From: a virus
IMG/VR virus record: IMGVR_UViG_3300045988_127492
Location: 64,001 to 128,000 of that record
DNA: 64,000 nt
Strand: one strand, 5' to 3'
The notes under the pieces are model-generated. The model worked only from the letters and a program-made list of their open reading frames with translations, had not been told where the DNA came from and made no database searches. Below, piece by piece: positions 18,034 to 27,187 of this stretch. Numbering within the stretch: position 1 is the first letter of the stretch; every line of letters starts with the position of its first letter. A program made the position numbers and the translations under genes.

Positions 18034-18671
18034 TAGTCTCTCCCCTCATCAATATCAAGCCCAAAGTTTTTAAACAGTTCTGTCATACCTCCCACATAAC
18101 CGGAACCTAATGCCTGGAATTTGAATCCATCTCCGTAACGGTATAATTTACCCATTTCTACTGCATTCAATTTTTCAAAGTTTTCATTCTCAGACAGATC
18201 ATATTCATACTTATCACCATCTGGATTGTCGTAATCACAAATTGTCATAACTGCATTGGAGACCATTCCAAAATTCTGCATACGCTGTAAGGCCCTAAAA
18301 ATTGTTAAGCAGATAGTAAATTCTGTTTTATCTTTCGGGAAAGTATCGGCATGCACAATGAAATATTCGTCATAATGCTTTCCATTGAAAATCATTCCCT
18401 GAGAATCGTCACCAGTTTTATTGTCTCCTGAATAATCTACCCAGGGATATGCAGAGCCATCTTCATAGGTTTTATAGTTTACTAAATCTTCTGGGTATAC
18501 TACTTTGCGACTTGAATCTGTTAAAAATCCATTGATATCAAAGTCAATGTCTGCTTCACCAGCATAACGGTTCTGATCCCAATTGACTCCAATAAAGAAA
18601 TTCTTAATGCCTGTGCCATCTTCTTTTACCATACTAATTTTCTGATTTTTGCTCATGTTGATTACTGCCAT
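18033..18671 (-). CDS. TerD-family stress protein
   Basis: 212 aa. INMSKNQKISM..., GVNWDQ, DIDFDINGFL: the acidic Ca-binding-type TerD pattern. Confidence 0.65.
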   Translation of the reverse strand: MAVINMSKNQKISMVKEDGTGIKNFFIGVNWDQNRYAGEADIDFDINGFLTDSSRKVVYPEDLVNYKTYEDGSAYPWVDYSGDNKTGDDSQGMIFNGKHYDEYFIVHADTFPKDKTEFTICLTIFRALQRMQNFGMVSNAVMTICDYDNPDGDKYEYDLSENENFEKLNAVEMGKLYRYGDGFKFQALGSGYVGGMTELFKNFGLDIDEGRD

Positions 18672-18688
18672 ATTTCTTTATCTCCTTT

Positions 18689-19456
18689 TTATTTATTATT
18701 CAGCCAGTCTTTATACTGACGAAGAATCTCTGTATATAACTGTTCATCAGACATTTTATTCATGTCTTTTACTGCTGTAAAACCGGTGTTGTCATGTTTT
18801 CTACCTTTCATATTGTCAAGGGATTTTAAATAACCAAAATCTTCATCTCCAATTCCTATGAACTGCACGAAGATGTTGTACTCTGAAAGCTCTTTAATAA
18901 CTGCATTGGTGGCAAAAGTATCACTGTTTTCACCATCTGTAATAAAGATGATAAATGCTGGAATCTCACTTGGCTCAATATCTTTATAATATGTAACCAT
19001 TTCTTTCAATACAGGAGCATAATTAGTACCACCCATATACATATGAGCTTTTTTCATAACATTTTTAACATAACTACTATAATTATCAGCGTTAGCAGCT
19101 TTTAAGCGCTCTGCTCCATTTGAGAACAGCCAACTCTCAAGTTCTCCATTATCGTCAAATCTTAGAGCAATAGGCAACAAACGAGAAATGGTTTCCTGTA
19201 CAGATCCATTATCATACAGCCAATCCATACTTCCTGAATAATCCATTGCAAGAGCTACTCTAGCCGTATGTTTTGTCATATCAATCTTGCTTCCCTTAGA
19301 CATATCAATAAGTACTTTGCCAAGATTTTCATTGTGCTTAGACATATCAATTGTCTGTAACTTTTCTTCATATACAGGTTGCGGAGTTACAGCAGAAGAT
19401 AACTCTACTGCTGCTTTCTCATCTTTTTTTCCGAATAGTTTTCCCAAAAATCCCAT
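18689..19456 (-). CDS. vWA-domain protein (TerF/TerY-associated type)
   Basis: 255 aa. MIDAS motif ALAMDYSGSM and ITDGEN. Adjacent to TerD. Confidence 0.65.
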   Translation of the reverse strand: MGFLGKLFGKKDEKAAVELSSAVTPQPVYEEKLQTIDMSKHNENLGKVLIDMSKGSKIDMTKHTARVALAMDYSGSMDWLYDNGSVQETISRLLPIALRFDDNGELESWLFSNGAERLKAANADNYSSYVKNVMKKAHMYMGGTNYAPVLKEMVTYYKDIEPSEIPAFIIFITDGENSDTFATNAVIKELSEYNIFVQFIGIGDEDFGYLKSLDNMKGRKHDNTGFTAVKDMNKMSDEQLYTEILRQYKDWLNNK

Positions 19457-19457
19457 T

Positions 19458-22085
19458 TTAGTTACTTCCTTTCTTACAAATTGCTTTTCTAGTCCAATCT
19501 ACAGGCACAACCATAAATGCTGTCACTAAGACTACAATCCACTGTTTAGCATCCATTGGAGTTGTCTGTACTAGATTTCCTACAAAGTTACACAAAACTA
19601 CAGTCATTGCAAAAATACCCAATGCGATATATACAAATAATTTGTTATTTTTAATTCCTTTGAAAAGATTCATACTATCTGTTCTAATAGTGAATCCATT
19701 AAATACTGCCATTAAACACAATAAAGCGAATCTCGCTGTCATAGCCGAAAGTTTTGTTGCAAACATATTTCCAACTGGACCAAATGTAATTACACCAAAT
19801 AAAGCAATAAATACAATTGAACTTAATGCAATTCTTCCTTTCGCTCCACGGATAAATAATCCGGATCCTTTCATGATAGGCTCTTCATTCATATATTCCT
19901 CTTTTGGCGGTTCCCCACCAAAGCTTAATGAGTTAAGTGAATCCATGATGATATTTACAATAAGAATCTGAACTGCTGCTAAGAGAGCTGATCCGCCAGA
20001 AATAATTGGAAATACCATACTTAAGATCAACAATGAAATATTGATAGGTAACTGGAATTCAAGGAACATCATAATGTTATGCATAAATGTTCTACCAAGT
20101 TCGACTGCCTTTACCACACTTGCAAAATTATTGTCTGTCAAAACAATATCTGCTGCTTCTTTTGCTACATCAGATCCGTCTTGCATTCCAAAGCCTACAT
20201 CTGCTTTCTTTAGTGCAGGAGCATCGTTCACACCGTCACCTGTCATTGCTACAGACATTCCAATTTCTTGTGCTAATGTTACAAGGCGAAGCTTCGTATT
20301 CGGTGAGCATCTGGAAATTACTCTTAACTGTGGAATAATCTCTTTTACCTTTTCATCTGACATTGCCTCAAACTCATCATTGGTAACTGCTAAGTCTCCA
20401 GGCTTATAAATTCCAGCTTCCATAGCAACAGCCTTAGCAGTCTCCATGCAATCGCCAGTAATTTCAATTACCTGAATTCCAGCTTTATGAGCAATTTTTA
20501 CTGCTTCTGGAACTTCATTCCTAACCGGGTCAACAACTCCAATGACTCCAAGGAGATTCATTTCATCGGGGAGACCATCATCAGTTTTATCTGAGATAGT
20601 CAATGCAATACATCTCATTGCCTTCTCTGTTAATCCTTTAATATGGCTCTTTAAAGCTTTTCTTTTTTCTTCTGTCAGCTCAGTTACAATGCCATCATTA
20701 TCAAGATAAAATTTACACTTCTCAATTAATTTCTCTGGTGCGCCTTTATAAACAGTAAAATCATTTGCTCCATTATTTAAAGTAACTGCAGAGAATTTAT
20801 TTTCACTACTAAATGGAACACGTTTCTTCATGATAGCTTTATTCTGTATTTTTTGTGCATCTTCAGGAGAAAGCATATCAAGTACTGCTCGATCAATTGA
20901 ATTACCACCAGTGATATTTCCGTTAGAATCGAACACTGCACTATTATTCATGCAGATATTTAAATCAATTAGCTCGTTGAGCGGACTTTCCTTATTAAAA
21001 ATATCCTGACAGTTACCGTTAATCATAACTGTAGAAGTCATTTCACCTGTTGTGAGAGTTCCTGTCTTATCTGTGCAAATTAAATTAACATATGCTAATT
21101 CAGGAATTTTACCAGTATTCTTTGCAAGAATATTGAATTTTTCCATTGTTGATACATTTTGTTTAGTGACAAGTTTTACAATGAGTGGTAAGCCTTCTGG
21201 TACAGCAGCAACAATAATTGTCAATGCATTTGAGACATTCTGTGCTACTTTCTGAATACTTTCAAGAATACTTCCTGAGAAATACTGATTTAAGCTTCCA
21301 GCATTTAAGATACCTGTAATTGTCATAATTACAAATGCTAATGCTGCCGCAATTGTTCCCCATTTTGAAATAAAATCACACAAATGATCCAGAGCAATAT
21401 CAAGAGCTGTCTTAGGTGGTTCTAAAGTCTGCATTTTGACAAGAGTATCACCATTAACTGTATTAACACCAACATCTGTAACAATCATTTTTCCTTCACC
21501 AGACATAATAACTGTTCCTGCAAAGAGAGAACACTGGTCCGTATATGCAGTAGTTGATGTTGTTTTAACATGCTTATAATCAATACTAGGAATCTTTCTA
21601 CATTCTTTTGTTTCTCCATTGATAGCGGCATTATTAACAGAAATTTCCCCTTCAACAATAAAACCATCTGCAAAAATCTCTTGTCCAGTTCTCAATAGAA
21701 CTAAATCACCTACTACCAGATCATCTTTATTAATTGTCTGTATGCTTCCGTCTCGGACAACATCACAATATCTAACTGCCGTTTTTGCTCTTAGTTCTGC
21801 TGCAGATTTCTGTACACCTAGACCTGTCTTAATAGCAATTCCAGTAACAATAGCCAAAACCACTATAATCATCACAGGCTCAGAAAGAGACATTACTCCC
21901 ATAGCTCCTAAAACTAACTGGAATAAAGCAATTATTATTAGAATCATAGTAATTGGTTCAGTTAATGCTTCCTTAGCAAAATGATACCATTTTTTCAATT
22001 CAGACTCCGGAAGCTTATTACTTCCATATGTAGCCCTGCTAACCTCTACTTCGTTACTTTTTAATCCATTAAATTTCATTTTCAA
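19458..22085 (-). CDS. P-type ATPase, type II Ca2+-transporting
   Basis: 875 aa. Motifs CTDKTGTLT, PEGLP, KGAPE, DPVRNE, TGDCMETA and TGDGVNDAPALKKADVG. N-terminal cation-ATPase domain and about 10 hydrophobic segments. Confidence 0.85.
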   Translation of the reverse strand: MKMKFNGLKSNEVEVSRATYGSNKLPESELKKWYHFAKEALTEPITMILIIIALFQLVLGAMGVMSLSEPVMIIVVLAIVTGIAIKTGLGVQKSAAELRAKTAVRYCDVVRDGSIQTINKDDLVVGDLVLLRTGQEIFADGFIVEGEISVNNAAINGETKECRKIPSIDYKHVKTTSTTAYTDQCSLFAGTVIMSGEGKMIVTDVGVNTVNGDTLVKMQTLEPPKTALDIALDHLCDFISKWGTIAAALAFVIMTITGILNAGSLNQYFSGSILESIQKVAQNVSNALTIIVAAVPEGLPLIVKLVTKQNVSTMEKFNILAKNTGKIPELAYVNLICTDKTGTLTTGEMTSTVMINGNCQDIFNKESPLNELIDLNICMNNSAVFDSNGNITGGNSIDRAVLDMLSPEDAQKIQNKAIMKKRVPFSSENKFSAVTLNNGANDFTVYKGAPEKLIEKCKFYLDNDGIVTELTEEKRKALKSHIKGLTEKAMRCIALTISDKTDDGLPDEMNLLGVIGVVDPVRNEVPEAVKIAHKAGIQVIEITGDCMETAKAVAMEAGIYKPGDLAVTNDEFEAMSDEKVKEIIPQLRVISRCSPNTKLRLVTLAQEIGMSVAMTGDGVNDAPALKKADVGFGMQDGSDVAKEAADIVLTDNNFASVVKAVELGRTFMHNIMMFLEFQLPINISLLILSMVFPIISGGSALLAAVQILIVNIIMDSLNSLSFGGEPPKEEYMNEEPIMKGSGLFIRGAKGRIALSSIVFIALFGVITFGPVGNMFATKLSAMTARFALLCLMAVFNGFTIRTDSMNLFKGIKNNKLFVYIALGIFAMTVVLCNFVGNLVQTTPMDAKQWIVVLVTAFMVVPVDWTRKAICKKGSN

Positions 22086-23116
22086 ATTTCTCCTAAAATA
22101 ATTCTTTCATTGACAGATGCCACAAACGCTTCTATGGATTTATAATCTGGTTTATCTGGTAACGCAGTATTTTCCGCATCATATTTAAGTCTTTTCTCTA
22201 ACTCATCTATCATTTCAAAAAACTCTGGAATAGGCTGATAATTTTCATCCAAATATTTTCCATTGCGTAAATCCATAAGAAGTTCATGATCATCTTCTCT
22301 ATATGTAATAATTTTTCCTTTCTCAAGAATGTCAAAACACATAAGATACAGTCTCACTAAATGACACATATGCTTTCCCAACTTATTGTGATCTATAGCA
22401 TGTTTGTTTCTCTTCCCAATTTTAGAATAGTCTTTAACAATACTTTTCATTTCAGCCCACATTCCTTGATAATCATTCAAAGGATAGTGCTTTAGGTGAA
22501 TATCCATAAACACTTCTGTTTCATAGTCTTCCTGAACACCTTTATCTACATAAAGCTTTATTGCATCTTCTGGAAAATTGAAATACTTTTCAGGGAAAGT
22601 ATAAAAAGCATTCATAATACTATTAAGAACATGCTGCATTCTTTCTTCTTGTCCCAATTTCCTGGCAGCTTTATTATCGAGCCTTCTTAGCTGACTTGTA
22701 GCATAGCCTCCAAAAGAATAGATCGCTTTCTTAGATAAAAACATTTCAGCATTATCAAGAAGTTCTTGACCAATTGGATGAATATAAAGATAATGTTCTG
22801 GCTTCAATCCTATCAGCTCAATTGTGTTTGGGTTGCAGTTTGACAATAGAGTTATCAATTTATTAAAAGAATAGATTGTTGTATCTGTTGTTTCTTCCGT
22901 TACCTGATCAAAATTATGTGTAGGAATCAGGATTTCTTCTCTTTTATTTAAAGCACAACCCCTAATATCCAGATCGGAGTTTTCTGTATCTGTACCATAA
23001 GCATGAGACCCACCTAAGCCTAATAGAATTATGTTACTCCCCAGGTGCTCGTTCGCTCTTAAGAAATCATAGTGTTCACTTTTCAACAATTTTTTGATTT
23101 TCTCTATTTTCATCAA
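22082..23116 (-). CDS. Pol-beta-fold nucleotidyltransferase, RlaP-like
   Basis: 344 aa. LGLGGSHAYGTDTENSDLDIRG (GS...SDxD) nucleotidyltransferase signature. Confidence 0.55.
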   Translation of the reverse strand: MMKIEKIKKLLKSEHYDFLRANEHLGSNIILLGLGGSHAYGTDTENSDLDIRGCALNKREEILIPTHNFDQVTEETTDTTIYSFNKLITLLSNCNPNTIELIGLKPEHYLYIHPIGQELLDNAEMFLSKKAIYSFGGYATSQLRRLDNKAARKLGQEERMQHVLNSIMNAFYTFPEKYFNFPEDAIKLYVDKGVQEDYETEVFMDIHLKHYPLNDYQGMWAEMKSIVKDYSKIGKRNKHAIDHNKLGKHMCHLVRLYLMCFDILEKGKIITYREDDHELLMDLRNGKYLDENYQPIPEFFEMIDELEKRLKYDAENTALPDKPDYKSIEAFVASVNERIILGEI

Positions 23117-23594
23117 TTTCTCCTGTTGAATAATAATAATTTACTATATCATCTAAGTTCCTTATCTCTTTTTCTAACTCTGCACACTTTTTCTTGCTAT
23201 CACATGCCCATAACTGTTTTCGTAGCTTCGTTGCAACCTCAGATACCTTTTCTGCTTCTTCTGTTTTATCAATGGTTTCTATGACATCAACTTCAATTGG
23301 TTCTCCGCAAAATGGACAGAATTTAAGAGGGTAATAATAGTCATCAGGCCATGTATCTCCCCAGTCTTGGACTTCTTCGCTTACGTAAAAGAAAATTCCA
23401 AAAGTTTCATTACTTTCGTAATCACAGTCTTGGCATACTACACTTTCACAAGTTCTACATAGGTAGGCATCAGGGTATTCATTAGAAATAATTATTCTAG
23501 GATTTTCTTCCAATGCCTTACAGCAGAACTTTGGTTTATAATACTTATAAGATGTGTTGCCATCTACAATTATTTCCTTTGCTTTTATTTTCAT
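23076..23594 (-). CDS. Cys-rich hypothetical protein
   Basis: 172 aa. Several CxxC pairs (CRTCESVVCQDC, CPFCG). Confidence 0.5.
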   Translation of the reverse strand: MKIKAKEIIVDGNTSYKYYKPKFCCKALEENPRIIISNEYPDAYLCRTCESVVCQDCDYESNETFGIFFYVSEEVQDWGDTWPDDYYYPLKFCPFCGEPIEVDVIETIDKTEEAEKVSEVATKLRKQLWACDSKKKCAELEKEIRNLDDIVNYYYSTGEIDENRENQKIVEK

Positions 23595-23603
23595 GTTTAC
23601 ACC

Positions 23604-23987
23604 TCAGATAATCTGTAAGTTTTCGTCACCAATAAGCCATGCAGAATCTAAAATAAAATTTTCATATGGATCACCATTGTCGTTCCAGAATTCATCTGAT
23701 CCAACTTCCCAATCACCCAATGTTCCAGCATTAAAGTTACCGTATAAATAATCTGCCACATATTCTAAAAACGCATCTACAGCCTTATCATAATCTTCTT
23801 TTCTTATTGACTCTTCTACATCTGGCTCAAGATCAATCCATTTATGCTGCTCAATCAAAAAAGATTTAGCATTGTCTCTTACTTTCAACAGTGAGTTTTT
23901 AATGTCTGTCAATGTTGCATCTTTCTTTTTTGCAATGATGTAACTTGAAGATGAGCTATTAGTAACAAACCCTCTTCTTATTTTCAT
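23604..23987 (-). CDS. MKIRxGFVTNSSSSSF-family protein (copy 2)
   Basis: 127 aa. N-terminus MKIRRGFVTNSSSSSYIIAKKK is shared with four other ORFs; the remainder is unrelated and acidic. Confidence 0.6.
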   Translation of the reverse strand: MKIRRGFVTNSSSSSYIIAKKKDATLTDIKNSLLKVRDNAKSFLIEQHKWIDLEPDVEESIRKEDYDKAVDAFLEYVADYLYGNFNAGTLGDWEVGSDEFWNDNGDPYENFILDSAWLIGDENLQII

Positions 23988-24383
23988 TATCCATCTCTCC
24001 CTTCTCCTTCAGCAACTTCTATATCAGCAAATCCATTTTCTTCCGTAATGGCATCAATCGCTTCATTCATAGAAAAATTATAATTATAATTAACATCACC
24101 CCACTCATCTTCATAGGCCTCATTGCTATCCATAATTACAATATATTCTCCATCAGGATGCTTTTCTAAAATGTCATCAACTCCATAAATTGTTGCTCCG
24201 CACCAGCTAGCCCCGAGACCACCACACCAATCTTTTTCATCATTTACGCCGGCAACATCTAATACATTAAGATTAAATTGATCAATTATCTTCTGAACTT
24301 TTTTCTTTGTCAGCGATTCTTGCAAAACAGATAATGAAACTGCTAGAGCTTGAATTAGTGACAAATCCTTTCCGTATTTTCAT
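23987..24383 (-). CDS. MKIRxGFVTNSSSSSF-family protein (copy 1), frame-disrupted at an A-run
   Basis: The ATG at 24383 (SD GGGAGG) encodes MKIRKGFVTNSSSSSFIICFARIADKEK... and stops at 24282. The 125-aa track ORF (TTG start at 24364) is the +1 frame of the same gene. The two frames join across GAAAAAAG. Confidence 0.5.
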
Positions 24384-24394
24384 GGTCCTCCCTT

Positions 24395-24583
24395 CTAGTG
24401 GCTTTCGCCACTAGATTTCTTATTCCAATTTGGTTTGTTAGTTTTCATTTTATTTACATGTTTAGAAAACGCTAGGGACTTCTTAGATGGCTTTAATCCA
24501 TGCTTAGTCATTCTGGTGTGTTCTTTTCCGTTTTTATCTACTCTCGTTGTATACTCTTTGTTCCAAGAATTCTTTGATTTCAT
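24395..24583 (-). CDS. small highly basic protein
   Basis: 62 aa, Lys/Asn/Ser-rich. Confidence 0.45.
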   Translation of the reverse strand: MKSKNSWNKEYTTRVDKNGKEHTRMTKHGLKPSKKSLAFSKHVNKMKTNKPNWNKKSSGESH

Positions 24584-24584
24584 A

Positions 24585-25730
24585 TTACATATCCTCCATT
24601 GAATAAATTACTCTCTCTAAGCTTCTTTTGGATTTAAAGCATTTCTTAAGTAAACACCACATAATTGCCTTTTCAACATCGTCTTCATCTTCCCAATCAT
24701 TTAAGACTACAGAAGTTTGAGTTCCATCTTTAAAGCCAACAGTTGTTCTAATCTTTTCTGTAGAAATATCTCTTGTTCTTCCTACAAATGCAATATCGTC
24801 TTTCGATAAGGTTTTACAAACGTGTTTATCAGTTTTGTTTTTAGGTACAATATATACATCAATACCCAAAGCATCTTTAATCTGACGTTCGCAACTTCTA
24901 AGCTCCTCTCCAATAGTATGTTCTTTTTCTTTTTTCGCTACTACTTTTTCAAGTGCTTTTAAGATTTCATCTGGTGACATGTTCATATCTGTTTTCTCCT
25001 CTTTATAATCAAAATATGGCATTGGTTTCAGTTTAAACTCATTCTTCTCATGTAAACGATCAATTCGTCTTTTTACTTCTGGATCGTCACATACTCCTGT
25101 ACGAATATATCTATCTAATACTGCATAGGTGAATCCAAAGTTATCTTCATCTGACTTGCCGCATAAACCATCTGCTGGCGTTTTCTCTACATATTTTTTA
25201 GGCAATCTTAAATAATGACCAATTGCTACAACTTCCTTTTTTACAAAAGGAGCTAATGGAGCTAAATCTCCTGCTCCGTCACCATCACGAGTAAAATATC
25301 CAATATATATTTCACTAAGATTTCCAGTATTGACTACTCTTCCATTATGAGACTGTGCTACCCCGCGTAAAACAGCCATTCTTAATCTTGGAGCAAGATT
25401 AATCAGGGTCTGATCTGATACATCCAGTGCAAGATCAATCTGATCAATGATATCATCATAAGCATATCCAATATTAATAGTAAGATAATCAATACCTAAT
25501 ACGTGCTGGCAGATATCATACGCCACATCTATATCATCCTGTTTGTAATTTGGCATAATTACTCCGAGGACTTTGCTTGGTCCGACAGCTTCCACACATA
25601 ACTTAGCAGCTACTAAAGAGTCAACACCGCCGGAAATACCTACTATAAAGTTACATTCTGGGCCATTTTTCTCTCTCCAATCTCTGATCCACTGAATGCA
25701 ATCATTTGTTGCTTTTTCTACATTAAACAT
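24585..25730 (-). CDS. nadE: NH3-dependent NAD+ synthetase with an extra C-terminal domain of about 140 aa
   Basis: 381 aa. PP-loop GISGGVDS plus a NadE-like core ending near residue 240; the rest has no recognisable motif. Confidence 0.75.
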   Translation of the reverse strand: MFNVEKATNDCIQWIRDWREKNGPECNFIVGISGGVDSLVAAKLCVEAVGPSKVLGVIMPNYKQDDIDVAYDICQHVLGIDYLTINIGYAYDDIIDQIDLALDVSDQTLINLAPRLRMAVLRGVAQSHNGRVVNTGNLSEIYIGYFTRDGDGAGDLAPLAPFVKKEVVAIGHYLRLPKKYVEKTPADGLCGKSDEDNFGFTYAVLDRYIRTGVCDDPEVKRRIDRLHEKNEFKLKPMPYFDYKEEKTDMNMSPDEILKALEKVVAKKEKEHTIGEELRSCERQIKDALGIDVYIVPKNKTDKHVCKTLSKDDIAFVGRTRDISTEKIRTTVGFKDGTQTSVVLNDWEDEDDVEKAIMWCLLKKCFKSKRSLERVIYSMEDM

Positions 25731-26223
25731 TCTGTTCCTCCAATTTCCATAATTCTACTTCAAAGTTACACAATTCTTCTTCTATAATTTTGTAAATCAC
25801 ATCCCAATCTGCGCCTCCTCTTCCGCAGCCTATTTTATATGGGAGTGCAATGCTTGTCTTGTGAGGCCTATTATCAACATCAAACCAATAAATAGGTATC
25901 TGTTGCCGAATGAAATTTAATCCCTCTCGAAAAGCTTTAAGATCTGTATATTGCTTACCATCATATCCATACTTGTCTTGTGCAAATAAAGACAATATTA
26001 CTTGATTTTTCCATCTGATAAAGTACTCGTCATATGTTCCAAGAAGTAATTCTGGATTAAACTCACGTAATTTACAGACGTTTCTATAATGTATATAAAT
26101 ACTTTCGTCATAATCTCTTAATGCTTTAGCAACACCAGTATTCATTTCTCCTTGGCAGTTAACTTGATGAATTATATAATCGGTCTTTGCATCTACAATG
26201 TTGCCTTCAATAATTCTAATCAT
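25723..26223 (-). CDS. macrodomain protein (ADP-ribose binding/hydrolase)
   Basis: 166 aa. IIEGNIVDAKTDYIIHQVNCQGEMNTGVAKAL and GCGRGGADW blocks. Overlaps the nadE start by 8 nt. Confidence 0.7.
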   Translation of the reverse strand: MIRIIEGNIVDAKTDYIIHQVNCQGEMNTGVAKALRDYDESIYIHYRNVCKLREFNPELLLGTYDEYFIRWKNQVILSLFAQDKYGYDGKQYTDLKAFREGLNFIRQQIPIYWFDVDNRPHKTSIALPYKIGCGRGGADWDVIYKIIEEELCNFEVELWKLEEQNV

Positions 26224-26764
26224 TTTTTACCTCTTTATAATTTGCATCTCCTACGTCATACATACTAAAATGGAAATCCATATAATCTTTATCATCTATA
26301 TCTTCTTTGTCAAAGAAATCTTCAATCTGCTTTCCATCTGCAATTACAATATAGAGATTTCCATCTTTGCTTATGTACGTTTTTTGAGCTTCGTTTGTAT
26401 AATCACTATCACCTGTCCAATCTGTATAATACTCATAAGATTCTACCGGTTCGTCAGGATGATATTCGTCTTCTAGTTCAAACTTAATTTTTGTAATGTC
26501 ATTATACATAGACAATGTATCAAATATCATTTCTGAAAAACCTTCTGGTACCGCAAAACAACCAAACTGATTTCTCTTTTTATTTGCATCTTTATGAATT
26601 TCAATGGCAATAATGTTAGCTGACACCATTTTACAAATAGCGTTACATGCTATTCTTCTTACAGAAGTGTCTATATCCTCTACTATAAAATCTCCTATGT
26701 ATTTACCATCAATGGTCACATAATCACAATTTTCTAAAATGAAGGTAATTGATTTTAGTCTCAT
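26216..26764 (-). CDS. hypothetical protein
   Basis: Start moved to MRLKSITF at 26764 (SD AGGAGA). The longer track start overlaps the upstream gene. Confidence 0.5.
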   Translation of the reverse strand: MRLKSITFILENCDYVTIDGKYIGDFIVEDIDTSVRRIACNAICKMVSANIIAIEIHKDANKKRNQFGCFAVPEGFSEMIFDTLSMYNDITKIKFELEDEYHPDEPVESYEYYTDWTGDSDYTNEAQKTYISKDGNLYIVIADGKQIEDFFDKEDIDDKDYMDFHFSMYDVGDANYKEVKND

Positions 26765-26772
26765 TTTTTCTC

Positions 26773-27186
26773 CTATAAATCCTGGAACGTAAACTTCTCG
26801 CCACAAGAGCAAATCACTTCTCCAATAGTTCCAATTGATGTAGGTGTGAAGCACCATGTAAGAGATCCACCTATGCAGCCATGTCCCATTGCTCTCTGTT
26901 TAGAAGTTTTAAGTCCATGTTTTTCTGCATCATGTTTCAACTGCCACTCTCTAATTTTCTTTTCTTCCTTTTCAGAAATTGGGAATCCTCTGTACAGATC
27001 TTCTTTTGCTTTTTTCAATTCAGCTTCCATTCTCTGCATTTCAGAATCTTTATAATGCTCATCTTTGAGATTTTTATTTTCTTCACTCAGATACTTAATT
27101 CGTCTTTCATAAGAATCTGCCTTATCAATAATTCCCTGACAAAGTTCTGAAACCGAATCAGTAAAATATGTTTTTCTCATTTTCAT
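26773..27186 (-). CDS. hypothetical coiled-coil protein with Cys/His-rich C-terminus
   Basis: 137 aa. Confidence 0.5.
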   Translation of the reverse strand: MKMRKTYFTDSVSELCQGIIDKADSYERRIKYLSEENKNLKDEHYKDSEMQRMEAELKKAKEDLYRGFPISEKEEKKIREWQLKHDAEKHGLKTSKQRAMGHGCIGGSLTWCFTPTSIGTIGEVICSCGEKFTFQDL

Positions 27187-27187
27187 C

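Noticed and set aside
24397-24416. Perfect 8-bp hairpin CTAGTGGC-TTTC-GCCACTAG as a terminator
   Set aside because: It spans the stop codon of the 62-aa basic ORF and is followed by the SD of the next gene, not by a U-tract. The operon clearly continues.
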